In this document: positions 31,388-42,938 of the stretch, in pieces
Position numbering within the stretch: the stretch's first letter is position 1
Layout of the letters: every line of letters starts with the position of its first letter
NCBI GenBank assembly: GCA_963749915.1
Contig: CAVVOP010000021.1
Location: forward strand, 608,001-672,000
Reading direction: 5' to 3'
Source: an uncultured cyanobacterium
GTDB taxonomy: Bacteria > Cyanobacteriota > Cyanobacteriia > Cyanobacteriales > Cyanobacteriaceae
DNA length: 64,000 nucleotides
The notes under the pieces: generated by a model
The model's input: the letters and a program-made list of their open reading frames with translations, nothing else
What the model was told of the DNA's origin: nothing
Database searches by the model: none
Position numbers and translations under genes: made by a program

Positions 31388-31417
31388 TTAATTACCATAA
31401 CTCTTGATTTTGCCCAA

Positions 31418-31588
31418 ATGACTATCTTTTTTCTGCGGTTATTTCTCAAAAAGCGGTACAAGAAATTGGAAATCTCGATGCCATGCGCTCTGGATTAGCT
31501 TCAACTTTAGAAGGTTCACCCACAGAACCCACAATCCAAAACTTTAAAGAAGTGTGTAAACCTGTGGGTATGAGGGTTAAACTAGCAG
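31418..31588 (+). pseudogene. Remnant of a Tll0287-like (DUF3365) c-type haem protein
   Basis: KAVQEIGNLDAMRSGLASTLEGSPTEPTIQNFKEVCKPVGM resembles the Tll0287 N-terminal half; ATG 31418 is out of frame and no CxxCH remains. Confidence 0.7.
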
Positions 31589-31614
31589 TTTTTTTTGTAA
31601 TTAGGAGAACGCAA

Positions 31615-32295
31615 ATGACGGTCAAAAAAAATCCCTATTTAGAACTTATAGAAATTCCCCCCGGATATGTTAACGTCATGGGTTATGTTGATCAATCGGA
31701 AGTAAATGGTCCTGGATGTCGTGCCGTAGTTTGGGTTCAGGGATGCTTGCGAGAATGTCCAGGTTGTTTTAATCCCGAATCCTGGTCATTTGAAATTAAA
31801 GAATTAATGGCAATAGATGCCTTAGTTGAGAAAATTACCAGTAATCCCCGTCATGAAGGTGTTACCTTTTCGGGAGGAGAACCTTTTTGGCAAGCTCCTG
31901 CTGGTGCTCAAGATTTATTGACTCAACTCGATATTTTGATTGATGGTGCCTATCTTCAATCTCAGGCGATTAATTCTCTTGATTCTCCTGTTTCCTCCCG
32001 TAATCAAAGAGTTCACGTTTTTAATCCTCAATTAGAAGATAGGATTACTTGGGCTAGTGATCAAACAGAGGTTCATATTTTTAAAGACGGCAGTCGCATT
32101 ATTACTGGATTTAGGGGTCAATTGAATACTCTAAATAAGGAGCTGTTTGAAAAGTTTAGAAGCAGTCTTAAAAGAAGATCTGCCAAGCTACAGCGTTTAA
32201 TGAGTGAGTTTGAAACTGAATTAGCCACTTTAGGTACTCGTGTTAATACTGACTTTTCACGGTATCTTTTCCCTGAGAAAGGGTTTGGGTGTTAG
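31615..32295 (+). pseudogene. NrdG-like radical SAM/4Fe-4S protein, internally deleted and read through into an IS tail
   Basis: VNGPGCRAVVWVQGC..CPGCFN, SGGEPFWQAPA joined directly to GAQDLL, ILIDG, NQRV; foreign C-terminal extension. Confidence 0.7.
32128..32270 (+). mobile_element. 3' tail and terminal inverted repeat of an IS701-like element
   Basis: Foreign coding tail ending in CTGACTTTTCACGGTATCTTTT (TIR copy 2). Confidence 0.55.
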
Positions 32296-32772
32296 GGGTT
32301 GGGTGATAGGGAAAATTCAGTTTTTGTTTTCGAGGGCACGAATCAATGCTGATAATAATCTTCCGAGGGATTCACATCTATTTAAAAGAGAATCAATGAC
32401 TTTCCCCTCTCCTAACTTTACCCTTTTCGACAATAAAAGATGAGTTTCTAATTCTTTAAGAGAGCCTTGTGCTATGTATAAAAACTGTATATATTCTTTT
32501 CGGGTTTTTCGACCATGCCCCTCAGCGACATTGGCGGGAATAGAGGCTGATGCTCGACGAATCTGAGAAATTAACCCGTAAAGTTCTTCTTTGGGGAAAT
32601 TGCGAGTAACTAAGTAGCATTCTTCTGCTAAATCCATGCCTGTTTGCCAAACCTTTAAGTCTCTATAGGATTGTATTCCCATCAGTTTCTAAGTGTTTTT
32701 TTTGACTGTTCAACTATTAAAGCTTATCCTCAATCCCTAATCCTAACACCCAACCCCTAACACCTAACACCT
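32281..32772. repeat. Heptamer repeat blocks in inverted orientation flanking the four-helix bundle gene
   Basis: GGTGTTAGGGGTTGGGTG (32288-32305) is the exact reverse complement of 32747-32764. Confidence 0.85.
32317..32682 (-). CDS. Four-helix bundle protein (23S rRNA intervening-sequence protein family)
   Basis: YRDLKVWQ, FPKEELYGLISQIRRASASIPANVAEG and IAQGSLKELETHL motifs. Confidence 0.92.
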   Translation of the reverse strand: MGIQSYRDLKVWQTGMDLAEECYLVTRNFPKEELYGLISQIRRASASIPANVAEGHGRKTRKEYIQFLYIAQGSLKELETHLLLSKRVKLGEGKVIDSLLNRCESLGRLLSALIRALENKN

Positions 32773-32780
32773 GTCAACCG

Positions 32781-33464
32781 AAAAAGATGCCGTGAAAAGT
32801 TAGACTGTTTGATGAGTGAACATGCCAGTTTGACCCGAGTAGGATAGTCTGATTGTCGTTGTGGTTTTGAGGGTCTGTCTTTCTTTTTTACCCCTTGTTT
32901 AATTAGTTTCTTCTCATTCTTCGTCCATTCTCTAATTACTGGGTCTGGTCGATAAAAGCTCGCTCCGACAGGTATTGTTATTTCCGGTGTTACCAGTACC
33001 AAAAGCACAATATTCTGTGCTTGGTGAAATCCTCCTGTGCCTTTGAGTACTGTTTTATGGGTACCCCATATTCGTTTTGTGTTCTTGGAGCGACCTCTAT
33101 CGCTATCGTCAATAACAAGGACTCCCGAAGTAATATTGAATCGCTTCATGACGATAAGCACACTGGCACAAAGCAGGTAGTCCCAGCACTTGAGACCATG
33201 ATAAAACATTTTACAAAGCGCGCCGTCCTGGTAACGACCACCACTGGCACGTTCTAGTCTTGCCCAACAAAGTGATTGTGTCAGAAGCATTCCCATCAAG
33301 ACAAAGCACAAGAAACTTCCTTGAATTCTCGACAGTGGTTTATGACCTTCCTCTCGAAGTGTTTTGTTCAAGGCATCGACGTATTCGATAATATGTGGCA
33401 GAGGAGTGCCGGGAATCATAAATCTTATGGTAGAATTAAGAAGATTTAAAATGTAGAGGGTCGA
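32781..33464 (-). mobile_element. Truncated IS701-like DDE transposase with terminal inverted repeat
   Basis: ORF 33419-32757 with VLVIDDSDRGRSKNTK ends abruptly at CTAACTTTTCACGGCATCTTTT (TIR copy 3). Confidence 0.7.
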
Positions 33465-33791
33465 GTGAATAATCTTTTCTTTTTACCGATTACGCTAGCG
33501 TTAGGAATTTTGCTGGGAAATATTTACTTTCAGGGATTGTGGATGACGGTGCAGCAATTGCCGAATGCTGAAAATCCGATTCTGTTGACCCTCGGTAGCT
33601 TTTTTGGACGTTTAGCGATCGCGATCGCAGGATTTGCACTGGTAGTAATGCTCACCAAAGAGAATGCCATCTGGCATCTGTTTATTTGTGTAGGCGCATT
33701 TATGTTGGTACGCAATCACCTCGTTCATAAATTCCAGCCCGAAATTTCATCCAAGATCCAATCGAATCTAGTAATGAACGATGAATATTAG
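33465..33791 (+). CDS. atpR: N-ATPase subunit AtpR
   Basis: LG..YFQGLWMTV and SFFGR, three TM segments, directly upstream of atpB. Confidence 0.8.
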   Translation: MNNLFFLPITLALGILLGNIYFQGLWMTVQQLPNAENPILLTLGSFFGRLAIAIAGFALVVMLTKENAIWHLFICVGAFMLVRNHLVHKFQPEISSKIQSNLVMNDEY

Positions 33792-34446
33792 CCCCGATCA
33801 GATTATCTATTGGCAATGGAAATTTGTGTCGATTAATGCCACTTTGGTCTTCACATGGTTGGTGATGCTGCTGTTGGGGATTGGTTCTTGGCTAGTGACG
33901 CGCCATCTCTCGATTGAGACAAAACTATCGAAGTGGCAAAACGTTCTGGAAATACTGGTGCTTAATTTACAGGAACAGATTAAAGAAACCAGTGGACAGA
34001 CTCCCAATCGCTATTTGCCCTTTATCGGAACCCTATTTATTTTTATTGCTACGGCAAATCTTTTGGCGATCGTTCCCCTTTTTGAACCGCCGACTGGATC
34101 ACTTTCTACTACGGCGGCTCTGGCTATATCGGTATTTTTTGCAGTTCCTTTTTTTGGTATCCGTCAGCAAGGAATCTGTAAATACCTGCATCATTATCTA
34201 GAACCTAGTCCAATTCTCTTACCATTGACTATCGTGAGCGAATTGTCTCGGACTCTAGCTTTGACCGTGCGTTTATTTGGCAATGTGATGAGTGGAGTAC
34301 TGATCGGGGCAATTTTACTTTCCCTCGCGCCATTATTTTTCCCGATTGTTATGCAGGCTTTGGGCTTGCTGACAGGGATCATCCAAGCCTATGTTTTCTC
34401 GATTTTAACAGTTGTTTATATTAGTGCCGCCAGTCATGAAAGCTGA
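33781..34446 (+). CDS. atpB: N-ATPase subunit a
   Basis: PPTGSLSTTAALA, SRTLALTVRLFGN and IQAYVF motifs. Confidence 0.93.
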   Translation: MNISPDQIIYWQWKFVSINATLVFTWLVMLLLGIGSWLVTRHLSIETKLSKWQNVLEILVLNLQEQIKETSGQTPNRYLPFIGTLFIFIATANLLAIVPLFEPPTGSLSTTAALAISVFFAVPFFGIRQQGICKYLHHYLEPSPILLPLTIVSELSRTLALTVRLFGNVMSGVLIGAILLSLAPLFFPIVMQALGLLTGIIQAYVFSILTVVYISAASHES

Positions 34447-34741
34447 ATCTCTATATTTATTAGTTACGATTATTGGCACTGTCTCAATCATCATGGCAGG
34501 GCTGACAATGGCAATTGGCACGATCGCCCCATCCCTCGGTGAAGGTAAATCCGTTGCCCAAGCCCTTAGCTCTCTCGCCCAACAACCCGATGCCTCTAGT
34601 ACGATTACCCGTACCCTGTTTGTGGGGTTAGCCTTTATCGAGTCTGTGGCAATTTATTGCTTTGTGATCTCGTTGATTTTGCTATTTGCAAATCCATTTT
34701 GGAACTACGCGATCGCTGCCCTTGAAAAGGTCGGAGGTTGA
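34436..34741 (+). CDS. atpE: N-ATPase subunit c
   Basis: LGEG, AQQPD, LFVGLAFIESVAIY and LFANPFW motifs. Confidence 0.93.
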   Translation: MKAESLYLLVTIIGTVSIIMAGLTMAIGTIAPSLGEGKSVAQALSSLAQQPDASSTITRTLFVGLAFIESVAIYCFVISLILLFANPFWNYAIAALEKVGG

Positions 34742-34745
34742 ACTA

Positions 34746-35537
34746 ATGGCAATTGACTGGTTCACCTTCTTCGCGCAAATCGTCAACTTTTTGGTGTTGA
34801 TTTTTGTGCTGCAACGTTGGCTCTATAAACCAATTACCAAGGCGATGCAACAGCGCGAAAATACGATTCGCGATAACCTCGATTCGGCATCAAAACAACA
34901 GCAAAAAGCTCAAGAGGAGGTAGAATGCTATCAAGCAAAGAAACAAGAGTTAGAAACTCATCGATTAGACTTACTTGCTCAAGCCAAACTAGAAACAGAG
35001 CAAACTCGTGAACATTTGCTGGAAGAGATGCATGAGTCTGTGGAAACAGAGCGATCGCAATGGCAATCAATGCTCCAACGTCAGAAAGAGTCTTTTTTGC
35101 GCGAAGTTAGCCATCGCACCATGCAGCAATTACAAACAACAGTGCGGCGAGTTTTGGCAGACCTAGCCGAATCAGAACTGGAAACGCAAATGGCGCGGGT
35201 GTTTCTACAAAAATTGCAAAATCTGAATGAGTCAGAGCGTACTGAATTAGTAAAGACTTTAACCGTTGCCACCACGGATGTTATTCCCTTGACCTTGGTA
35301 AGTACATTCGAGCTACCGACGGATATTTGTGGGGAGGTCTCGAAAATTTTGCAAACATACTTTGATGTTTCGAGCAAAGTGGAACTAAATTATGAAATTC
35401 AATCTAATCTCATTTGTGGAATTGAATTGCGCGGCACTGGCTATAAACTCGCTTGGAGCATGGATGCTTATTTAGATGCAATTGCCGAGAATTTAGTTAC
35501 AGTTTTTGCCGAAGAATCGGTTACTGCTATGAGTTAG
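34746..35537 (+). CDS. atpF: N-ATPase subunit b with delta-like extension
   Basis: IDWFTFFAQIVNFLVL..LYKPI, coiled coil, LICGIEL..W tail. Confidence 0.92.
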   Translation: MAIDWFTFFAQIVNFLVLIFVLQRWLYKPITKAMQQRENTIRDNLDSASKQQQKAQEEVECYQAKKQELETHRLDLLAQAKLETEQTREHLLEEMHESVETERSQWQSMLQRQKESFLREVSHRTMQQLQTTVRRVLADLAESELETQMARVFLQKLQNLNESERTELVKTLTVATTDVIPLTLVSTFELPTDICGEVSKILQTYFDVSSKVELNYEIQSNLICGIELRGTGYKLAWSMDAYLDAIAENLVTVFAEESVTAMS

Positions 35538-35583
35538 GGCTACTAAGTAGCTAGGCATAAGAAAATTCAAAATGCAGAGATTT

Positions 35584-35647
35584 AGATCCCCGACTTTTTC
35601 TGTAAATAAACAAACCCCATTGATAGCAAACAAAAAGTCGGGGATCT
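35584..35647. repeat. REP/MITE-like inverted repeat between atpF and atpA
   Basis: AGATCCCCGACTTTTT ... AAAAAGTCGGGGATCT (16-bp perfect arms). Confidence 0.85.
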
Positions 35648-35705
35648 GTACTTTTACAAGTTGCTTTTACCGCCTACTTAATAAACGAACTTTAGAAAAC
35701 TCCCT

Positions 35706-37250
35706 ATGTCTAAAATCGAAGCATCTTTACAGACTGTTTTGGAAGATACCTTTGCCACTTATGCAGAAGTTATCGATCGCCATCCATCACAACTGCGATC
35801 GCAAGAAATTGGTATCGTGGAATCAATTGGACAAGGCATTGCCAGAGTTGTCGGCTTACCCCATGTGCAAGCTGAAGAGATCGTGCGATTTACAGGCGGC
35901 AGTTTGGGCATGGTGTTTAACCTTGATCCCGAAGAAGTGGGTGTGATTTTACTGGATTCTAGCGATACGCTTCAGTCAGGAACGGAAGTAAGGCGCACGG
36001 GTAAAGTTCTGGATGTCCCTGTGGGCGAAACTTTGCTGGGTAGAGTCGTCGATCCCCTCGGTCGTCCCCTTGATGGCAAAGGTTTAATCCGCACTTCCCA
36101 ACGCCGTCCCGCCGAACGTGAGGCTCCTGCAATTATGGATCGCGCTTCCGTCAATGTGCCTTTGCAAACAGGAATTAAAGCGATCGATGCCTTGATCCCG
36201 ATTGGGCGCGGACAGAGAGAATTGATTTTAGGCGATCGCCAAACGGGTAAAAGTGGCATAGCGCTCGATACGATCATCAATCAAAAAGACAAAAATATTC
36301 TCTGCATTTACTGTGCGATCGGGCAGCGCAGTGCCGCCGTTGCCAAGCTAATCGCTGACCTCTACGAACATGGCGCAATGGCATACACCACCGTCGTCAT
36401 GGCAGCTGGAGAAGAACCCCCAGGATTGCAATTTGTCGCTCCCTACACGGCTACGGCGATGGCTGAATATTTTATGGAACAAGGGCGCGATGTACTGATT
36501 GTTTACGATGACCTCACTAACCATGCCCGCGCCTATCGCGAACTATCCCTGCTCATGCGCCGCCCCCCTGGGCGAGAGGCTTTCCCTGGGGATATTTTTT
36601 ACATTCATTCGCGCTTATTGGAACGCTCAACCCATCTCAATGCCGAGCATGGCGGCGGCTCTTTAACTTCATTGCCAATTCTGCAAACGGAAGCCCAAAA
36701 CATCGCGGCTTATATTCCCACAAATCTGATTTCGATTACCGATGGACAAATTTATCTGTCGCCAATTTTGTTTCAAAAAGGTGTATTACCCGCGATTGAA
36801 ATTGGTAAATCAGTTTCACGGGTTGGTGGCAAAACTCAACTTTCTGCCTATCGTGCTGTAGCTGGAGATTTGCGGCTATCCTATTCGCAATTTGAAGAAC
36901 TCGAATCTTTCTCGCGGTTTGGTACGCGCCTAGAAGAATCAACGCGGCTCACCTTGGAACGGGGTCGCAAAGTGCGCGAAATTCTCAAACAAAAGCAATA
37001 TGCACCCATGGCGGCGGCTGTCCAAATTGCTGTATTGCTCTCCGTTACGGCGGGTTTATTCGATCACCTACCGATCTCTAAAATTGCGATCGCCGAACAA
37101 GCAATTGCCGCCGAGATCCCTGCACAATTAGCCGAGCTATGTTTGCAAATTGAAAAGGGTGATGTCTTAGCGGATGAGGATCGCGAAGCTTTGCTTAAGG
37201 TTGCAGAAAGGGCGATCGCCAAGGTTATCAATAAGGCTTTGGAGGAATAA
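35706..37250 (+). CDS. atpA: N-ATPase subunit alpha
   Basis: [28 protein letters not shown] and SVSRVGG motifs. Confidence 0.96.
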   Translation: MSKIEASLQTVLEDTFATYAEVIDRHPSQLRSQEIGIVESIGQGIARVVGLPHVQAEEIVRFTGGSLGMVFNLDPEEVGVILLDSSDTLQSGTEVRRTGKVLDVPVGETLLGRVVDPLGRPLDGKGLIRTSQRRPAEREAPAIMDRASVNVPLQTGIKAIDALIPIGRGQRELILGDRQTGKSGIALDTIINQKDKNILCIYCAIGQRSAAVAKLIADLYEHGAMAYTTVVMAAGEEPPGLQFVAPYTATAMAEYFMEQGRDVLIVYDDLTNHARAYRELSLLMRRPPGREAFPGDIFYIHSRLLERSTHLNAEHGGGSLTSLPILQTEAQNIAAYIPTNLISITDGQIYLSPILFQKGVLPAIEIGKSVSRVGGKTQLSAYRAVAGDLRLSYSQFEELESFSRFGTRLEESTRLTLERGRKVREILKQKQYAPMAAAVQIAVLLSVTAGLFDHLPISKIAIAEQAIAAEIPAQLAELCLQIEKGDVLADEDREALLKVAERAIAKVINKALEE

Positions 37251-37252
37251 TT

Positions 37253-38167
37253 ATGGCATCCCTTGAATTTCTACAGCGACAAATTCATACTGCCGAAGAA
37301 TTAAAGGCGATCGTCAAAATGATGAAAGTTCTCGCGGCGGTGAATATCCATCAATTTGAACATGCTGTTACTTCCCTGTCCGAATATACCCGAACAATTA
37401 GGATGGGTTTGCACGTTGTTCTCAAATCTACCCATACAAATAATAATCTTTCTAGTAATCTTCCTAAGATTGATTCAGACTCACTTTTAATAAGTTCTAT
37501 CGGTCGCTGTGGCGTGCTTATTTTTGGTTCTGAACAAGGGATGTGTGGTCAATTTAATGAACAGATTAGCCGCTATGCGATCGCCGAAATAGAACAATTA
37601 CAAATCGCCCCAGAACAGTTGGCAGTTTTTGCCATTGGCTCACGACTTATCCCACATTTAGAAAGTGAAGGTTATCAGATCGAGCAGAATTTTGCGATGC
37701 CCAGTTCTCTGTCGGGGATCACGTCGATGGTGCAAGAAATGTTACAGCATATTGCCGCATGGCGCGATCGCCAACAAATTACAAAAATCATCTTGTTCTA
37801 CAACAATTTACATTCCAATACATCTTACAAACCATCTCAGCATTTACTGTTGCCGCTCGATCGCACATGGTTGCAACAAATCAAAAGCCAAGAATGGCGA
37901 TCGCGCACCATCCCTATGTTTACGATGCCCAGTGATGTTTTAATCTCTTCTCTCCTACGCCAATATTTCTTTATCTCGCTCTATCGGGCCTTTGGTGAAT
38001 CCCTTGCCAGTGAAAATGCCAGCCGTCTAGTCTCGATGCAGGTTGCCGAAAAAAACATCGAAGAACGGCTCACTGAGTTTAAGGGTGAGTTTCGACAAAA
38101 GCGTCAATCGGCAATTACAGGTGAGTTATTAGAAATTATTTCAGGCTTTGAGTTAAATCAAGGCTAG
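37253..38167 (+). CDS. atpG: N-ATPase subunit gamma
   Basis: GSEQGMCGQFN, ASENASRL.SM and RQSAITGELLEI motifs. Confidence 0.95.
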   Translation: MASLEFLQRQIHTAEELKAIVKMMKVLAAVNIHQFEHAVTSLSEYTRTIRMGLHVVLKSTHTNNNLSSNLPKIDSDSLLISSIGRCGVLIFGSEQGMCGQFNEQISRYAIAEIEQLQIAPEQLAVFAIGSRLIPHLESEGYQIEQNFAMPSSLSGITSMVQEMLQHIAAWRDRQQITKIILFYNNLHSNTSYKPSQHLLLPLDRTWLQQIKSQEWRSRTIPMFTMPSDVLISSLLRQYFFISLYRAFGESLASENASRLVSMQVAEKNIEERLTEFKGEFRQKRQSAITGELLEIISGFELNQG

Positions 38168-38223
38168 TTTTTTAAATATTTTGAAAGCCAAAAGTAAGCA
38201 ATTATCTAATTAAATATAATCAA

Positions 38224-40068
<1,845 letters not shown>

Positions 40069-40072
<4 letters not shown>

Positions 40073-40410
40073 ATAACCCCGATCCTGAATCTCGTGAATT
40101 GCGATCGCCGACCTCAGACTTTACCAAAGCGATCGGTGATAAAGAACAGCGCAAAATTCATGCGCGTGAAACAAAGCCCTATGGTGGAGTTTGGTTTGGT
40201 TTGGGCTTTGCAGGTTTGGTCGGTTGGTCAACTGTTGCGCCAACCATGCTAGGAATGGCAATAGGTGTCTGGATCGATCGCCAATTTCCCAGTCAGTTCT
40301 CCTGGACATTATCATTGATGTTGGCAGGGTTAACCCTTGGTTGCTTAGTAGCATGGGAATGGGTTTCACAGGAAGCAGGAACGCATAGCAAAATCACAAC
40401 CACCCAATAA
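40069..40410 (+). CDS. atpQ: N-ATPase subunit AtpQ (AtpI/AtpZ-like)
   Basis: WFGLG..GLVGWS..PT.LG..G.WID and SWTL..GC..AW.W motifs. Confidence 0.88.
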
Positions 40411-40530
40411 TGATTCGCAATCCTTAGAAGATGGCGTTGCACATATTCATAATGAAACACCTGTAAAACAGAAAAATGAATAGAGCCTACATAATGAACG
40501 ATTAAAGATTAAGATGGAGGGCAATGTAGC

Positions 40531-40779
40531 ATGACCCTCCAACTTACCAATGCTAAAGTTAAAGCTAAGGCGATCACGAAGTGGCGCGCGTGCGCGATCG
40601 CCAAACTATTACGAGATGAGCATCCTGATTACAATTATCTGAAAAATATCTTTCGCCATCTGCTTACGGAGTTGGACATTCAGGTAACTCATTCAGAGAT
40701 GAAATTACCGAAAGTCCCCACGGAAGAAGAGTTACAAACATATTATCAACTCATCGTTCGCTTAAATAAAATCAGATAA
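40531..40779 (+). pseudogene. N-terminal remnant of a tyrosine recombinase/integrase
   Basis: AKLLRDEHPDYNYLK.IF..L..KLPKVPTEEEL..YY; catalytic domain absent. Confidence 0.55.
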
Positions 40780-40838
40780 CTGACAAAAAAAGGTTAAAAT
40801 CTGGACTGGATAAAGCATTAAGCAACATGGAGTCAAAA

Positions 40839-42938
40839 CCCACATTCCGCACGTCAAACTGTATAAATTCAGATTACGAGGTTAGAGATTGAAAAGTGAT
40901 TGACTACGACAAGAAATACTCGGTGATTAGTTCTCTAGCTTATAAAGAGAACTCAGATAAATTAGTAGAAAAATGAGCAACGTTTAAGGGATAATTAAAT
41001 TCAGTTTTTAATTTAATTTTGGAAATGATGTTTTCAGAAGATATACAAGTTCAAACCATTAATCATTTAGGATTAATTGCTGGAGTTATAGATGAAATTG
41101 GCATTGAAGAAATTATTAATGATGCCCTCGGTATTGACGAGAGGGAAATCGTGACAGCAGGTCAAATAGTCAAAGCAATTATTCTGAACGGATTAGGATT
41201 TATTTCCCGTCCTCTTTATCTATTTCCACAGTTTTTTCAAGATAAAGCAACCGAACATTTAATCGGAAAAGGAATACTACCTGAGCATTTGAACGATGAT
41301 AGAATTGGAAGAATAATGGATAAACTTTATGAAAAAGGATTATCTCCATTATTTTTAATTATTGCTTTAGCCATAGTAAAAAAATATAATATCAATATAG
41401 ATTTTTCCCATTTAGATTCAACTTCTTTTGCAGTAGAGGGGAAATATAATCAAGAAAAAATCACCAAAAACTTGGTGAAAGAAAATGCAGAATTAGAGTT
41501 AATTAATCAAATTCCAATTAAGATAATTAAAGGTTATTCCCGTGACCATCGACCAGATTTAAAACAATTTATTTTGGATTTAATTGTGAGTGGTGATGGT
41601 GATATTCCTTTATTTTTAAGAGTAGCAGATGGCAATGAAAATGATAAAGCAGTTTTCGGCAAAATAGCGAAAGAATACAAATCAATGATAGATTTTGAGA
41701 CGATGATAGTGGGTGATAGTGCCTTATATACAGAAAATAACCTGAAATTAATGAGTGGAATAGAATGGTTATCGAGAGTGCCACTATCAATAAAAGAGGC
41801 AAAAAATTTAGTTTCAGAACTATCAGAATCTGATTTGACTCCAAGTAGTTTAGAAGGATATTCATGGTGTGAAGTAAGGAATAATTATGCAGAAATTGAG
41901 CAAAGATGGTTAATAGTAGAAAGTGAAAAAAGAAAAGTATCAGAGCTAGAAAAACTAAGGGAAAAAATAGAGAAAGAAAAAGAAAAAACCGAAGAAATAT
42001 TAAAGAAATTGATGAAAGAAGAATTTAGCTCATCAGAGGGAGCTTATGAAACAGTTGTGAGACTAAATAAGACTTTAAAATATCATCACATAACCGAGCT
42101 AAAAATGACAGAAAGTGAGTTAAATAATCACAAGAAAAAATCGAAAAAGAAAGAAGAAAAATCGGGAAAAACTTATCAAGTTACGGCTATTTTGAAATCA
42201 GATTTAACGAAAATAAACGAATCAAAAAAAAGAGCAGGAAGATTTGTGTTAGCGACAAATAGATTGGATAAAAGTAAATTTAATTCTGATGAAATTTTAA
42301 TTAAGTATAAAGAGCAACAGGCCGCAGAAAGAGGTTTTAGTTTTTTGAAAGATCCATTATTTTTTGCCGATAGTGTGTTTTTAAAAACCCCAAAAAGAAT
42401 CGAAACAATGGCAATGTTGATGGGGTTATGTCTGTTGGTATATTCTTTGGGGCAAAGAGAAGTGCGTCGCTTATTAAAGGAGAGAAAAACGGGGATAAAA
42501 AATCAGCTGGGAAAACTAACGGAACGTCCAACGTTAAGATGGATATTTCAATGTTTTCAGGGGATTCATTTAGTAATAAATCAGAGGAATAAGAACAGAT
42601 AGTAAATCTAACAAATGAACGAAAACTAATTTTAAGTTTTTTCCCGATTTCTTGTCATAATTATTATATTTTATCTGGATAACTTATGGGATTTAAGAGT
42701 CTAAACATTCTCAATTATAATATCATAAATAAAGAATAGAAAACTGATAGATTTGCTCTGTTTATTTATTCTCATTAAAGGTGAAGTTATTGACAATGAG
42801 ATTTTAATTTGAGCAAAGTTCGCGAGCACAAAACGCGAATAAAGAAGATATTGAGTATTATTACTTATATTTTGTCCAAAATAAGTTGCTTGGTTTTAAT
42901 ACTTTTATCATCTTACAAAGTGACGTGCGGAATGTGGG
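40839..42938 (+). mobile_element. IS1634-family insertion sequence (2100 bp)
   Basis: 18-bp perfect TIRs CCCACATTCCGCACGTCA / TGACGTGCGGAATGTGGG; no flanking direct repeat. Confidence 0.9.
41025..42682 (+). pseudogene. IS1634 transposase, frameshifted near the C-terminus
   Basis: HLGLIAG, HLDSTS, GYSRDHRPDLKQ, ERGFSFLK and PTLRWIFQ; expected tail IVNLT..CHNYY (stop 42682) is in a different frame from the ORF ending at 42602. Confidence 0.85.

Noticed and set aside
35572..35946. 124-aa ORF as a possible atpH (delta)
   Set aside because: Crosses an inverted repeat and overlaps atpA out of frame; N-ATPases lack atpH
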